A stretch of 64,000 nt of DNA from Chiloscyllium plagiosum (taxonomy: Eukaryota). The position numbers and the translations under genes were made by a program. The DNA lies in contig NC_057751.1 in the NCBI RefSeq assembly GCF_004010195.1, positions 10,896,617 through 10,960,616 on the forward strand, given 5' to 3'. A model generated the notes under the pieces. The model was not told the origin of the DNA and did no database searches. It was given only the letters and a program-made list of their open reading frames with translations. Positions 1 through 14,283 of this stretch are shown here, in pieces. Each line of letters opens with the position of its first letter. Position 1 is the stretch's first letter.

Positions 1-140
1 GTTATAGTCCAACTGGCTACCTGACAAAGGAGTAGCACTCCGAAAGCTTGTATTTCCAAGTAAGCCTGTTCAACTGTAACCTGGTGTTGTGTGATTTTTA
101 ACTTTGTCCACCTCAGTCCAACACGGGCACCTCCACATCT
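1..140 (+). mobile_element. Penelope-like element terminal repeat fragment (family B) with degenerate hammerhead core
   Basis: Same sequence family as 21082-21280 and 48681-49654. Motif CTGACAA-A-GGAGT-AGC-ACTCC-GAAAGCT starts at 21. Confidence 0.75.
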
Positions 141-2529
141 TGACCAGTTTAGACATACTTTGACATTAAAACTTTCTGCAACATCCTTATTAGCTGACAT
201 GGTGAAGGAAAAATGTGATTGAGTCACTCTCTGGTTCCGGACTTTGTGGTGAAGTAAAGCATGTATTCCAAATGACTTCAGTGCTTTGGGCTGCAGATGA
301 GAAAACCAGCCAGGATTAGACTGCCACTGTTAAAATAGTGTGGATGTGATTTTAAGGAGTTAGTAATATCAGGCTGATCATCATCAAATAGCCTTTCATT
401 CATATTTGAGTTAGATGTTTGGTTATAGAGATCTTGGAAATACCCACAAAGCATTTGGCAATTCACACTTTTCCAACTGTACCCCAGTATGACTAAAGTA
501 TTCAGATGAGGCCAGGTAAAATAATAAGCTATTATACAGGAAGCTTATCAAGTTCCTATGCACCTTTGCAAGTGCATATACACTTTTTTATCCAACTCAT
601 GGATTTATGTGCTGCAGATTTCCTATAATGAGCATCTTAATTTCTTCTTCAAATTTATGTGGACTATTTCTTTTCTTCCACTGTCACCAGTTTTAATTTG
701 AAAAACCAATACAACATCAACAACACATAAATGAAAAATACCTGACAAATTTTGCTTTCAAATGCCATTTACAATTTACAGATATTCCAAGTTTAAAGTA
801 GCATGAGAACTTTAAGAATCATCCTCACATTTAATATAACCTAGTTTGTGTTTGAGTTAGTGTGAAGTGACATAATATCAGAATGTGGTTTCCTGCCATC
901 AGCAGTTCAGGTGCATGCCAGTAAAACCTCATGGTGCACTAACAGTTTAGTGTTCTTTCAGAAAACTTGAAATGTTGGAAATGAATCACCGATCTCTCAG
1001 ATATGTTAACATTTCACATTGATGAAAGGTTCTACCCAACCTCCAGATGCCAGGCATTCATGCTTGAATTTCAAATTTATGTGCAACGCACTGACTCATG
1101 CAATGACGTTTGCAAATTGGCAATATGTGCTGGTATCATGAAAATTTGAAACAACTGGACAGAAGATTTTGTGACAAGTTCAGACTGGATGTGTGATTGG
1201 CAGTCTCGAGTGGTAGTTGATGCATGTCAAATATTGCATCTTATTTTGGCGAAGTACGTTATTCAGCAAACAGAAACGAATCACTAAAGTGAGATTTTCA
1301 AGGAACCAGGAAGGAGATTCATGCCAGTCTTTTCTAAGACATATTGAAGAACTGAATCAACCTTGATATGTAACCATACCAATTGTCTGCATCATTGAGG
1401 TTATCCCGTGAGAATCTGTTCAATGCATGAAAATCCTATATACTTGCACCAAGAAAGGAGAGAAGAAAAAAATTAAGATTGATCTGAAATGAAACATTTG
1501 GTGAGCATAAAGCAAAACAAAAGCTAAGTTCAAGATGTACATGTAGTCCAAAACAAAGGAGGTTGGAGAGGACCCATCTTCAGGGATGGAAATGGTTGTC
1601 TTTATATTGCAGATAAGGTAAGCCTAGAACATTATTAGAAAATGGGATGATCCCAACTTCAACTCCAATCCTACTATTGTGCAGGACAGTGAACAGCAAA
1701 CCTCTAGGTCATTTACAAACTTTTTCACTGCAGCTGGCATCCTGGCCTTGAAGGTCTTCATGAAATGGACATCGCCAAGCCTTCTTTGTCCCAACCCAAC
1801 TTGTTCTTCTATCAGGTTGTGTTCGTTTTACTGCCATTATAGCAGGTTATACATTCAAGTGGAAAATTGAGTGTGCTGCCAATCTCAATCGTACTCTCAC
1901 CGACAATGTAATCTGTAACACTTGATCACTTGTGGTGTATCTCTCAGTGTGACCCAGGGTTTTGCTAAAGCACCAGTTGTCAAAGCTATCCAACTTGGGT
2001 GACAGCTTCACTGTTCTCTTGCATCTCTCACTGACCGAGATTACAGATGGAACTACTTTGCACTTGTCGAATCACAGTTTCATGACTATACTGGTAGATT
2101 TGGATGCCTAGATTGGGTGCAGCCACTGCTGCTTTCTAATGTTTGTGTGGGGTGTCAATCTCGATATCTCTTCCTAGAGATGTTGCTCCCTCCGTTGAGG
2201 TGGTTGTTATCCTTGACATCCTTTTACCCTGAAGTTACTGAGGCCTTGTCAATGTCTTGGTCAGCTTGTAGCTGTACGTAGACCAACCTTGGTGCCACTC
2301 CCATCAAGACTGGCAGTCATGTCTTGAAGCACGTTCAGTTCTTCAGCCAGTATCACACTTCAGCAGCTGAATATCAAGCTGTGAGAAATTACTAGATTCG
2401 AGCTCTATAAAAGCCTAAAGAATAACACTGAAGTGTCAGCGACACACCAGCAGAGCTATTGGAACAAGACAGGAACCTCATCACAGTAGAACTCATAGAT
2501 CTGTGGGTAATGTCCCAGAAAACAACAAG

Positions 2530-3578
2530 CATGATGCCTTTATCAAGTACCAAAAAAAGTGGCACCTTAGCAACTGAAATAATTGGCAAGGCATAACACT
2601 GCTGTCAGGACCTGGCAAGGACATCAGCATAGTACCTTTCAACCGATTAAGAGCAGAGCCATAGTCATAGAGATGTACAGCATGGAAACAGACCCTTCGG
2701 TCCAACCTGTCCATGCCGACCAGATATCCCAACCCAATCTCGTCCACCTGCCAGCACCCGGCCCATATCCCTCCAAACCCTTCCTATTCATATACCCATC
2801 CAAATGCCTCTTAAATGTTGCAATTGTACTAACCTCCACCACTTCCTCTGGCAGCTCATTCCATACACGTACCACATTCTGCGTGAAAATGTTGCCCTGT
2901 TTTATATCTTTCTCCTCTCACCCTAAACCTGTGCCCTCTAGTTCTGGACTCCCCGACCCCAGGAAAAAGACTTTGCCTATTTATCCTATCCATGTCCCTC
3001 ATAATTTTATAAACCTCTATTGCTTTGGGAAAAACAGGCAGGGTTCCAAGATAGTAGATCATACTGTTAGCAGATGTTTATGCTCAGGAATATCAGAGAG
3101 TAAATCCTAGAATATCAGAGGCAATGTGTTCTACAGAGAAAGCTTTTATTAATCTCCATGAACAGTCACTCTTGTACATTGCTCAGTGGCAACCCGGAAA
3201 GGTTTATTCAGAGTGGTTTACAATGCTCCGGTTGCATGTCCACCATAGACTGCTTGAACATCACAGCAGTGAGGTTGGAGATATTTTTCATCAAGCTATT
3301 AAGAGATCTTATGACACACCTCTAAAGCAGGTGGGTCTTGGGTATCTGGCTCAGAGATAAGGACATAGCCAGTGCACCTCAAGGGCTCTTCAGCACAAAT
3401 GTATACTCAGCCAATTCCTGATCTACTTGATGATTTCATCAAGAGGAAAATGATGGGGCTGCAGAATTGGACATCCCACAGCAACCCATGCCGTTTGATG
3501 GATCTAGATTTTGTGAAGGATATTGTTTTGCTGGCCCAAAGAAAATATGTCAAAGTACTTTCTAATCTTTGTTTTTAA
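2530..3578 (+). mobile_element. Degenerate RTE-clade LINE reverse transcriptase fragment, interrupted by a CR1 insertion at 2661-3020
   Basis: Translates NNWQGITLLSGPGK (~2578-2619), EKQAGFQDSRS (~3028) and LMDLDFVKDIVLLA (~3495). These resemble RTE RT motifs NWRGITLLS.PGK, EQAGFR.GRS and DLDFADD. Confidence 0.7.
2661..3020 (-). mobile_element. CR1 LINE 3' end fragment
   Basis: Minus-strand peptides EVYKIMRDMDR and VRVWNELPEEVVE...FKRHLD. Closely similar to the 3' end of 26789-27886. Confidence 0.9.
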
Positions 3579-3912
3579 AGAGTACTAAATGTTTAGAATT
3601 GACCATTGGACTTGTTTAGAATTTGAATTCCACTTAATGCTAACTGGAGGGCAACACCAAACTTGAGTAAAAATTAAAAGTGTTCTGAGTGTATTGTGAG
3701 TTTCACTAAACCCGGTTTCTGTAATCCAGAGAGAAGTCAGACTTTCCTGTTGAGGTACTTAAAATATGCAATAGGATGATAAAATGTTAGGTTATTCCTG
3801 GTGTTTCTTTAAGTTTTTACCATGGGGAACCTTATCAAACACCTTACTGAAATTCATATACACCACATCAACCACTTTACCGTCATCCACCTGTTTGGTT
3901 ACCTTCTCAAAC

Positions 3913-5578
3913 CTTGACAAACACGTCACTATGTATACTGGAAAAAGACAATGTTGTTGAGGAGAATACTGAGATACAGGCTACTAGACTAGACGGGGTT
4001 GAGGTTCACAAGGAGATGGTGTTAGCAAATTCTGCAAAGTGTGAAAATAGATGTCACCTGGGCCGGAAGGGATTTATCCTAGGATTCTCTGGGAAGCCAG
4101 GGAGGAGATTGCAGAGCCTTTGGCTTTGATCTTTGTCATTATTGTCTACAGGAATAGTTCCTGAAGACTGGAGGATAGCAAATGTTGCCCCCTTGTTCAA
4201 GAAAGGGAGCAAGACAGCCCTGGTAATTCTAGAACAGTGAACCTTACTTCAGTTGTGGGTAAATTGTTGGAAAGGGTTATAAGAGATAGGATTTATAATC
4301 CTAAGGAATAAGTTGATTAGGGATAGTTGACATTATTTTATGAAGGCTAAATCGTGCTTCACGAATCTTATTGAGTTCTTTGAGAAGCTGACTAAACAGG
4401 TTGATGAGGATAAAGCAGTTGATGTGATGTATATGGATTTCAATAAAGTGTTTGGTAAGGTTCCCCACAGTAAGCTATTGCACAAAATACAGAGGCATGG
4501 GATCGAGGATGATTTCGCGCTTTGGGTAAGAAATTGGCTAGCTGATAAAAAAAAAACAGAGGGTGGTGGTTGATGTGAAATGTTCCTCCTGGAGTTCAGT
4601 TACAAGTAGTGTACTGCAAGGATTTGTTTAGGGGGCCACTGCTGTTTGTCATTTTTATAAATGACCTGGATGAGGGCGTAGAAGGGTGGGTTAGTAAATT
4701 TGCAGATGACACTAAGGTCGGTAGAGTTGTGCATAGTGCCGAAGGATGTTGTAGGTTACAGAGGGATATAGATAAGCTGCAGAACTGTGTTGAGAGGAGG
4801 CAAATGGAGTTTAGTGCAGAAAAGTGTGATTTGATTCACCTTGAAAGGAGTAACTGGAATGCAGAGTACTGGGTAAATGGTAAGATTCTTGGTAATGTAG
4901 ATGAACAGAGAGTTATTGGTGTCCATGTGTACAGATCCCTGAAAGTTGCTACCCAGGTTAATAGGGTTGTTAAGGAGGCATACAGTGCGCTAGCTTTTAT
5001 TAGCAGAGGGATTTTGGAGCCATGAGGTCATCCTGCAGCTGTACAAAACTTGGTGTGACCGCACTTGGAGTATTGCAAATAGGTCTGGTCAGCACATTAT
5101 AAGAAGGATGTAGAAGCTTTGAAAAGGGTTCAGAGGAGATTTACTGAGGTGTTGCCTGGTAATGGAAGGAAGGTCTTATGAGGAAAGGCTGAGGGACTTG
5201 AGGCTGTTTTCGTTGCAGAGAAGGTTTAGAGGTGACTTAATTGAGACAAAGAAGATAATCAGAGGGTTAATTAGGGTGGACAGTGAGAACCTTTTTCATC
5301 GGATATGATATTTAGCATGAGGGGACGTAGCTTTAAATTGAGGGTGATAGATATAGAACAGGTGTCAGAGGTTGTTTCTTTACTCAGAGTAGTAAAGGGC
5401 GTGAATGGCCTGCCTACAACAGTAGTAGACCCGCCAACATTAAGGGCATTTAAATGATCATTGGATAGACATATGGTTGAAAATGGAATAGTGAAGGTTA
5501 GATGGGCTTCAGATTGGTTCCACAGGTCGGCGCAACATCAAGGGCCAAAGGGCCTGCACTATGCTGTAATGTTCTAAT
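3913..5578 (+). mobile_element. CR1 LINE ORF2 RT region and 3' end, decayed
   Basis: KSCFTNLIEFF, DVMYMDFNKVF and GPLLFVIFINDLD...SKFADDTK, with frameshifts and stops. Confidence 0.92.
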
Positions 5579-7819
5579 TTATACCCACTATATAACTTTC
5601 TGAGATTGATTTTGCCTTTGCCATTTAAGAACTTAATAATTTCTTTGAGCTCTTCTCCTTGATCTTAAGAGGTTGTAGAGCAGTATGCCCAGATGCTCAT
5701 GAATGGCATATTATTTTTAGTGTACTAACATTCAGTGATATCTAAAAGTGGAAGGAGGTTGAGAAGACTTGTCAAGCTGTCTCATTCTGATGTTTCAGTA
5801 TGCTGTTTCATTTGGGATAAAGCTGCTATGGGGAAATTATTCCTTACTTCACAAGCCATCAGATAAATCATGTCCCTTCCCATGAGTATTGCAACTGAGA
5901 GATAATTTCAGCTAAATCAGTCTTCATACTAGAGCTATGCTTTGGCTTATTTTTGAGAAATGACTGCAAGGGCAAGCAAACATAACTTATTCAAATGTTG
6001 TGTAGTTGATGTTGTGCTGAGAATCACTGTTGCATCTGCCATTATCTCATTAGAGTGTCTCAGCAGTAATTCTGTTTTTATCTTCTTATAACTGTATGCA
6101 TGACAACAACGTAGGTTTTGAGTCATCCCACCAATGTTCTCACTACTCAGGCCAGATTTAAACATGTTGTGACAAGGTGATGCCACAACTTTGAAGGTGA
6201 TTAGTTATAGGTGTCATGTAAAAACTGACACAAGGCTGGTGTTAGATATTCTTGAAATTGATCAGTGGGTAAAAAACAGAGAATTAACTTGTTTGGCAAA
6301 CTCAGGCTCCTTGGTGCCTTCAGTGTGTATGTAGCTCATAAAGGAAATGTGAAAGTGTCTACAGTCAATTATTTCCCTTTAGTGCTTAACTTTTAGACTT
6401 TTAATAAACTGCATTACCGCCCTAGAAAACAGTTCGTCCTTTATAATGTGTCCTGAATTATTTCTGACTCCATCCACCAGCTCAGCTGTGAAGAGTAGGT
6501 TCAAGTCAATGAGTTCCAGTTGCCTGTCTCATCATTGAAATTTGTTGTCTGTTCATCCATAGTGCATTCTTATTTTTGGTAGGGCAAAGTAATTTTTGAA
6601 AAGTGCTATCTAGTAACTGTGGAACAGGTTTTGGAATTTATAGAATAAGACACAAGTCCCAGAGAAATATGCATGTGCCATTTATGAGTTTAACCAAAGT
6701 AGAGACACATTACTCTCTGAACCGATCATTACATGAACATTGAGTGAGTTTGTGTGACGGTGCATTGATATCCAAGCTGAATGTAAAATGACTTAGATTC
6801 TTACCAAAGTCCATGGCTAGAATTGGATCTTGTGAATCATCAGGTCTTTGTATTTAATAAGTTTGATTTCAAGCAGACCAGAAATTCCAGAATGTGTGAG
6901 CAGTTTATGAGGCATGGATCTCAGTAAAATGTAAAGCAGTTTTTTTGTATTCCTGGGTTTGGGTCTTGCAGTGGAGTGTGTGAAGCAGTCGGGTAACGGG
7001 CAAACAATACAGTTGTCGATTTGATAAAGTTTAAATTCTTGTCATTTTCATAATGTTATGATATTCAGAAAGCTAATTCTAACTTGCATGGAGTAACTGG
7101 TGTTGTTCGTCAAGGTTTGTAACTTCTTATCCAATAACATTTCATCTCAACAGAGAATTTCACTTCACCAATCGTCTGCATTTTTGCAATGAAGAGTATC
7201 CAAAGGCCAGAAATGTGTGTCCTGTGCCATTTGTCTGAGTTGTTCCTTTTCACCCCCTTGAGGACATGGGCCCAGGTTGGAGATTACTTCTGCCCATTGT
7301 CAGTGTGCTCACTCAGTGGCAGATAACCAATTTATGAGAGCCAAACTGCTCTTTCTGTCTTGCTTTTCTCCCAATTCACCCATGTCCAAACCAAAAAAAA
7401 TGTGCTTGTTGTGTTTCCACCAGTCTTTACAGCTGCTCTGTCCAGTGAATTATCAGAATAGGAAACAAATGGAACCATGTGGCACTCTCAAAATTCAGTG
7501 TGTGCCACTACTCCCAAGACCTGGGAGATGTCATGCACATTGGGCTCATGCTTTTAATCATTGAAGTTTATCAATTATGATTTTTTTTTAAAAAAACAGG
7601 ATTTGTAATATTTCTGCCTTATCTCTTATGTACACATTCCCACTTCAGACCTTTTATATGAAAAAGTCTTTGAATAAGCAAAACTATACTTTGAGTCTTG
7701 TTGAAATGTCCCATCATTATTTTTGCCCCTCACCTTGTGGTGTTTTCATCATTCATTCTGTTTACTGTGTAACATGCTCTGTATGTTTGTTTCCATCGTC
7801 CTTTGCATGCTGCCTCCAG

Positions 7820-7915
7820 CCAAGGGCGCTGAGAGCAGTGCTGTAAGGAACCAGTCAGGTGCTGGGCCTCAGTCCGAGGTGCTCCAGTCTGCTCACCCTC
7901 CGCCTCCTGTACTCT
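7820..7915 (+). CDS. CAMK2B: CAMK2B variable-linker cassette exon A (96 nt, phase 1-1): xKGAESSAVRNQSGAGPQSEVLQSAHPPPPVL
   Basis: ctccag| acceptor after a pyrimidine-rich tract and |gtaagt donor. Length is divisible by 3, it is open in the phase of the hub exon, and it resembles the 22998 exon. Confidence 0.75.
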
Positions 7916-10900
7916 GTAAGTTGTCTGGGCATGCTGTGTTCTGCATTTCACGCGACAGCCTGTGTGTGTTTCCAAATTGTAGAAAGTGGCCATTCATAAA
8001 AAGAAAACATGAAAACGTTTTTATGTAGGTTACTGACATTGAAGGCACAATTTCTTCTCAAAGTTACAGATTCATTTTACCTTTTGAGGAATGTTTTGAA
8101 GTCCAGCTATTAATTTGTCCCAAAATTAAATCTGTGTTCACTTTACTGGCAAATGTTTAATTTCTACCATATTATTTTAACCTGAAATATTTTAATAATC
8201 AAATTGTGAATGATTGAATTAAAATTTTCTTCTGAAAATTAGGTTAACTTTGTAATTCAATTTGAGACAAATGCAAAGAAACCAGTGTGAAGCATCTGAG
8301 ACTTGGCTTCTCCAAGAAAAGTTGTGGATGTAAACGCAATTGACTCGAGTCATTTATTGTAGTCATATACTGACTGGCAGTTAGCCAATCTGGCACGTGA
8401 CTCAGATTTAGCACCTCAAAAGAAGGTGACATCTGTATTCACACAGGATATGAAGTCATCTTAATGATGTATTGAACACTTTCACAAAACATTTAAGACA
8501 TGATGCCTGCTGTACCAGTTAAATGTACAAATTTGAATAACCACCATCCAAATGATTCTAGTACAGTGCCTGTTAATCTCCCAGAGGTGACCTGAGTATA
8601 TTTCACTGCACTTCCACAATTTCACCTCATATCTGAGAGACTTTAGACCTCACGTGTAAATTACATCAGTAACGGTGCACTGATCATGCCAAACATGTGA
8701 TATGATGATAAAGTCAAAAACATGAAATGAGAACACACAGAAACCATCACCATTATCTTTGTGTTGGCATCTCTTATAGTAGTCATTAGAACCTGAGATA
8801 CCAAGTAAGGACACAACCTGAAACGCAGCATATAAAGTTTGCCTACTCAGTTGCCATTCCAGTTTTTGACACGTGCACACAACATCACAAGTATGTTTGG
8901 AAAACGTTTTGAAATCCTTCAGTTCTGGAATTAACTCAAAACTATTTTGAAAATGAAGCCGAGGTTATTTTGATTGAAGTAGTTCAGCAACAAGAATTTG
9001 CACAAATTATTTAGTTTTACAGCTGTAATGATGACATGATTATAGGCTGATCTACAACTCATTTCATTAAAAGAGTTCAAGAGCTTTGCACTAAAACATT
9101 TAAAGAGCTAATACATAACACTACAGCAGAACGTGAACATTCAAAACATTGAAAGCTTCATGAGTCAACCCTTTCAATGTTTTTAAGACTGAGTCTGTAA
9201 TTCATTAGCTTGTTGAATGTTGAATGATTTATTATGAATGGCCTAAGCTCAAATCTGCATGATGTTCAGCTTCATCATCTTTGGCTTGAACCATTAGACT
9301 TGTTTTACAAGGCTAACTGCAGTCATTCTAAAGTACACCATCTCATCTTTGAAGCTGCATGATTTGTGATTTTGCTGTTGTTGATTGAATGTAAAAGGAG
9401 GGTATTGGCACATTGTGTTTGTTTGTAAACACTAAATATTAGACTTTTTGGTTCAGTTCACAGCCAAATTTCTCCCACATGGTGAATTCATTGGCTGATT
9501 GGGAAGATATGTTGTTGCACGGTGTTTTAGAAATTGAAAAGGAAACTATTAGTCAACACAGTGTAGAAGAGCATCTGAACATAGGGGTGATAATATCTCC
9601 AAAACCATCAGTTTTAGTTTGACCGTTCCATCGAAGTTGGTGAAGTGTCTCTTCTGTCTTCCAAATATGGATATCTCAACCTTGATTGCTTTTACTTCTG
9701 CTGGATAATGTTACCATTGCCAGCATGAAAGCTAATGCCCCAGAATATACTTAAGTGACAGCTTTTGATTCAATTTTTTGAACACAATGAATGTCAGCAC
9801 TCTATTTCGAAAAAATCCTCTTCACATTTTCTCCCTTTTCTGCTCCTCATCCCACCTTTCACTGTACCACAGGATCCTGGTTCAGTCATTTTGAAATTCC
9901 AAACTGTTACAAACTGTAAAATGAGGATAGATATATTATTCATTCCAAGCAACCCTGAGAAAGCGGTTGATGGATTGATTTACAGCCAAGTAGCTTGAAA
10001 GGCCCTTTCCTAAGAGGGCTGAAAGTGTGGACCACATATTGTGGCACTGCAGTCAGAACAGACAGAGGTAACAGATCTCCCCTCAAGGACATTCATAAAC
10101 CACTTTTGTTTCGAGCAATGATCTGGCATTTTCCGCCTTTTGTTTAGACTAAAAATTCATATTGTTTGGTTTATTGAAGTCATTTGCAATTTTCCCGTGC
10201 TGGGATTGACTTTAGAGCCTCAGAATTGATAACCATCACTGGACTATAGTACTCTCAGATGGGTGCATTTTTAGCAAGGCCTTCTTATTTCGCTGTGATT
10301 TGAGGCTTTCTGATCCATCATAGTTCAAACCCCAGAATACAATGACATACATCCACCCATACCCCCCCACCCTACATTGATTCCCAGTACAGGTCGATTT
10401 TGACTTGTGAAGAAGTGAGGTAGTCTCTTTTTTTTTTGTTCCTTGAACAAGCATGAGCATCACTGGCAATGCCAACATTTGTTGCTCCGTCTTCTTAAAC
10501 CACTGCAGTATGTGCAGGTACTCCACAAATGCTTTTAATGAAGGGAGTACGATAGTGACTGCGGAAAGCATCAGCTGCTTCACCTTATTACTCTTATCCA
10601 ACGCCAAGTAACTGAAAGACAAGGAGAATACAACAGGCTTCATGGCAGGATACCTGATACTTCACGTGGCTGGGAAGGTACTGGGAGCATGAAGGGAGTG
10701 AACGTTTGTTCAGTTCTTCCATTTTAATTTGGATTTTTAAGAAATTCTGTATGTGGCTCATTAATAGACATGGCAAAATGGCACCAAAATGTGGGTTCAT
10801 GCAGCTTTAAATTCATTGACATGCAACATTCTGACAAGTCACTGCATTTGTCTCAATCACCTCCAAAGTTTCCTATATTTCTAATGTCTTTAAAAGGTTT

Positions 10901-11606
10901 CTAGTGTATGCCAGCTTTAATGGCTTTGCTGGGTGGGGAGGGGGTTGGTAGAGAGGGAACATGATCCTGAACCTGAGTTATAGGAAACTATATGGAATTG
11001 TAGTAAAACAATCGTCAAAAGATTTGTTTGCATTTTTATTATTACTGTACAAATGTTAAAATGCCTGTTCCAATGAATACCACTATTGTGTTAGCTGAAA
11101 TGTAACGGATAGCTGACTGGGACAGCTTGGTACTATTCCTTCAGCTTGTGAGCTCCAAGTGCATTGCATTCTTGCAGTGTGCTAGAGTGGGCACCTGCCT
11201 GTGTTAGGGAAAAGTACGACATAAGTTCTAATCAGCTGTCCTACTTACACAGTGAAGATGTTGAGAAGGCTGACTGGTTTCCTTGAATTAAAAGATGCAA
11301 TTCCCAACTTAGGAATGAAAGAAAACCTGAAACCTCTTTATGTTCTTGAAGCTGCAGTGTTTGATGCAGTATGAAACATTAAAAGATAGTTGTCATCAAC
11401 TCAAAACATTTCCTGCAATGGGCACAAAGACAATTATGCAAAACATCCTTCATCCCTTTTATGAGATGTCCCTTTCTGTATCTGACACAGTATCTCATTC
11501 CGATGATGGTCTTCACAGTTAATTCAGATAATGGAAAAAGTCGATTTGCAGTGTCTTGTCTGAAGCTGTAGTCATTAACAGAATTTCGGCTGTTCTTTGT
11601 AATTTC

Positions 11607-11945
11607 TAAGGTGTAGGTTTGCTCGCTGAGCTGTAGGTTTGATATCCAGACGTTTCATTACCTGGCTAGGTAACATCATCAGTGGCGACCTCCAAGTGAA
11701 GCGAAGCTGGTGTCTCCTGCTTTCTATTTATATGTTTGTCCTGGATGGGGTTCCTTGGGTTTGTGGTGATGTCATTTCCTGTTTGTTTTCTGAGGGGTTG
11801 ATAGATGGTATCTAGATCTGTGTTTGTTTATGGCATTGTGGTTGGAGTGCCAGGCCTCTAGGAATTCTCTGGCATGTTTTTGCTTCGCCTGTCCCAAGAT
11901 AGATGTGTTGTCACAGTCGAAATGGTGATTTTTTTCATCTGTGTG
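11607..11945 (-). mobile_element. Penelope-like element 3' fragment (family C): GIY-YIG endonuclease C-terminus and terminal repeat with hammerhead core
   Basis: Minus-strand HHFDCDNTSILGQAKQKHAREFLEAWHSNHNAINKH. Hammerhead core CTGATGA-T-GTTACCT-AGCC-AGGTAAT-GAAAC-GTC at 11682-11649. Confidence 0.85.
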
Positions 11946-12531
11946 AAACAACTATTCACAACTCTAAGCCCCCCTTTTCTTGACTACTTTTTACCTGCGA
12001 CCAACTCTATAACAATGTACTGTTCCAGTAAACACTTGTTAAACCTACATCAACTTAATTTCAAAACCACACAGTGACTGTTGTCTTCTAGCTGAAGATC
12101 TCCCCAGATCATGGTCTTGCTTTTTACTGTAAATATGTTTCAGATGAAAAGGTAGATTTGAGAGAGAGTGTTTCCGAATTTCTTGGATCTGTGTTGATGG
12201 TAGTTGTTTGATCCAATTTTCAAAATGCCAGCCTTTTTTTATATCCTGCATCAGATTGTCTCATTGGTTCGATGTTGGCAAAACATTAAACTCAAACTTG
12301 ATTGGGCTTTAGTATTCTGGGGCATAATATAAATTGATTGGTTAAATTCGAATTGTTGTCAAAACAGCAACGAGTTCAGGTATCCAATTCATAGCCAAAT
12401 GTTACGTATTTTCAATTTTCCAGTACTCTGAGATTGGTTTCTTGTTATATCACAGGTGCTTGTAAGCTCTCAGTGCAGAACATCATTCACTCTCTCTTAA
12501 AGGTAGAGTACATGACTTTAGGTTCATAACA
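11946..12531. mobile_element. Partial LTR-like repeat, same family as 36053-36550/40311-40545 and related to 55074-55771
   Basis: Shared blocks such as gattgtctcattggttc, agccaaatgttac.tattttcaattttccag and cttaaaggta.agtaca. Ends in ...cataaca. Confidence 0.65.
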
Positions 12532-12599
12532 AAATGAATATTTACAGACTGATAAAATGTTTTGAGAGTTTCTGACTGAACCACTCTATCAGGCAGACA

Positions 12600-14283
12600 C
12601 TACACTGCCCTTTTGAGCGACATTTCTCCTCAACGGTTCTCTTTGCCATCTCCTTATCTTAAACTTATGTCCTTCTTAAAAGACATTAGACACATACACG
12701 AAGAGGAAAGTTTGAGAAGGATATGGTCCAAATGCAGGCAAATGGGACTAGTTAGGTTTGAGAAACTTGATTAACATGGACAAGTTGGGCTGAATTCAAC
12801 CTTGGAAGGTGACAGGTAATGAGGGATGGCTAACATACAAGGGATTACACTATAACAAGTAAGACCCTGAAAGTTCTGTACATACGTGGGATCTTGGTGT
12901 CCATGTCCACAAATCCCTGGAGGGGACCTTCTGTTAATAGTCAAAGTACCTTGCTCGCCCCTCAATCTCAATCACCTCTTTCATTCTCCTTTCAACCTTT
13001 CTGCTCCAAGGAAAACAACTTGAGCCTTTCCAACCTTTCCTCATAATTCAGATCTACAGGAGCTTCCTGGTAAATCTCCTCTGCACCATTTCTTGTCCGA
13101 TCAGGTCCTTCTGATAATGTGATGGCCAGAATTGTACATGACACTCCAGTGGTGGCCTAACCAGTTTATGTAGTCCCAGCATAACCGCCTTGTTTTTCGA
13201 TTCTAATAAAGGCAAGTAGCCTAGATACTTTCTTAACCACCTTGCTCCCTCCAGAGATTTGTGGGACATGCACACCAAGATCCCACTGATGTCCAGAACT
13301 TTCCAGGGTCTGACTTGTTATAGTGTCGTCCCTTGTATATTAGCCATCCCTCATTACCTCTCACCTTCTAAGGTTAAATTCAGTCCAACTCGTCCATGCT
13401 GACCAAGTTTCTCAAATCTAACTAGTCCCACTTGCTTGCATTTGGCCTATGTCCCTCCCAAACTTTCCTGTACATGCATCTGTCCAAATGTTTTTTAAAA
13501 GTTGTAACTGTACCTGCATCTACCACTCCTCGCAGTTCATTCCACATTCCTCTGTGTAAAAACATTGTATCTCGGGTCCTTTATAATTCTCTCTCCTCGC
13601 ACCTTAAAAATTACGCCCTCGAGTTTTGATCTCCCCTACCAAGGGAAAAGACCTTGGCTTCACCTTATCTATGCCCCTTTTATAAAGCTCTGCAAGATCA
13701 ACCCTCAACCTCCAAGCTCGAGTGGAAGAAGTTTCAGCCTTCCTAGCCTCTCCATATAATTCAAACCCAACAATCCTGGCAACATCCTGGTAAATCTCTT
13801 CTGCATCCTCTTCAATTTATTAATATCCTTCCTATAGCAGGGTGGCCAGAACTGTACGCAGTACTCCAAAAGTGATCTAACCAACATCCTGTACAACCTC
13901 AATATGACCTCCCAAATCCTATACCCAATGGTCTGAAGGCAAGTGAGCTAAATGCCTTCTTATCCACTCTGTCTATCCTTCATGAAACTTTCAAAAAACT
14001 GTGAACCACTGCTCAAGGTCCTATTATTAACTGTATAAGTCCTGTCCTTGTTCATTTTACCAAAATGCAATACCTTACATTTATCCAAATTAACTGTATG
14101 TGTCACTCCTCCGCCCACTGGCCCAATTGGTCAAGATCTCTTTGTAATATTAGATAACCTTCTTCACTGTCAACAATACCACCAATTTTAATGTCAGCTG
14201 CAAACTTACTAATCGTGCCTCCTAAATTCTCATCAAAATTGTTTATAATTAACTGGTTTTGAAATTCTCTCCAATCTTTGATC
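12600..14283 (-). mobile_element. Composite of CR1 LINE fragments with an internal inverted duplication
   Basis: Minus-strand RT and C-terminal motifs ISKFAADIKIGG, LEYCVQFW and LECHVQFW. 12673-12925 is an inverted copy of 13246-13501. Confidence 0.85.

Noticed and set aside
9873..9915. Strong polypyrimidine tract and acceptor with a downstream GT
   Set aside because: 43 nt, frame-shifting, weak donor, and no similarity to CaMKII.
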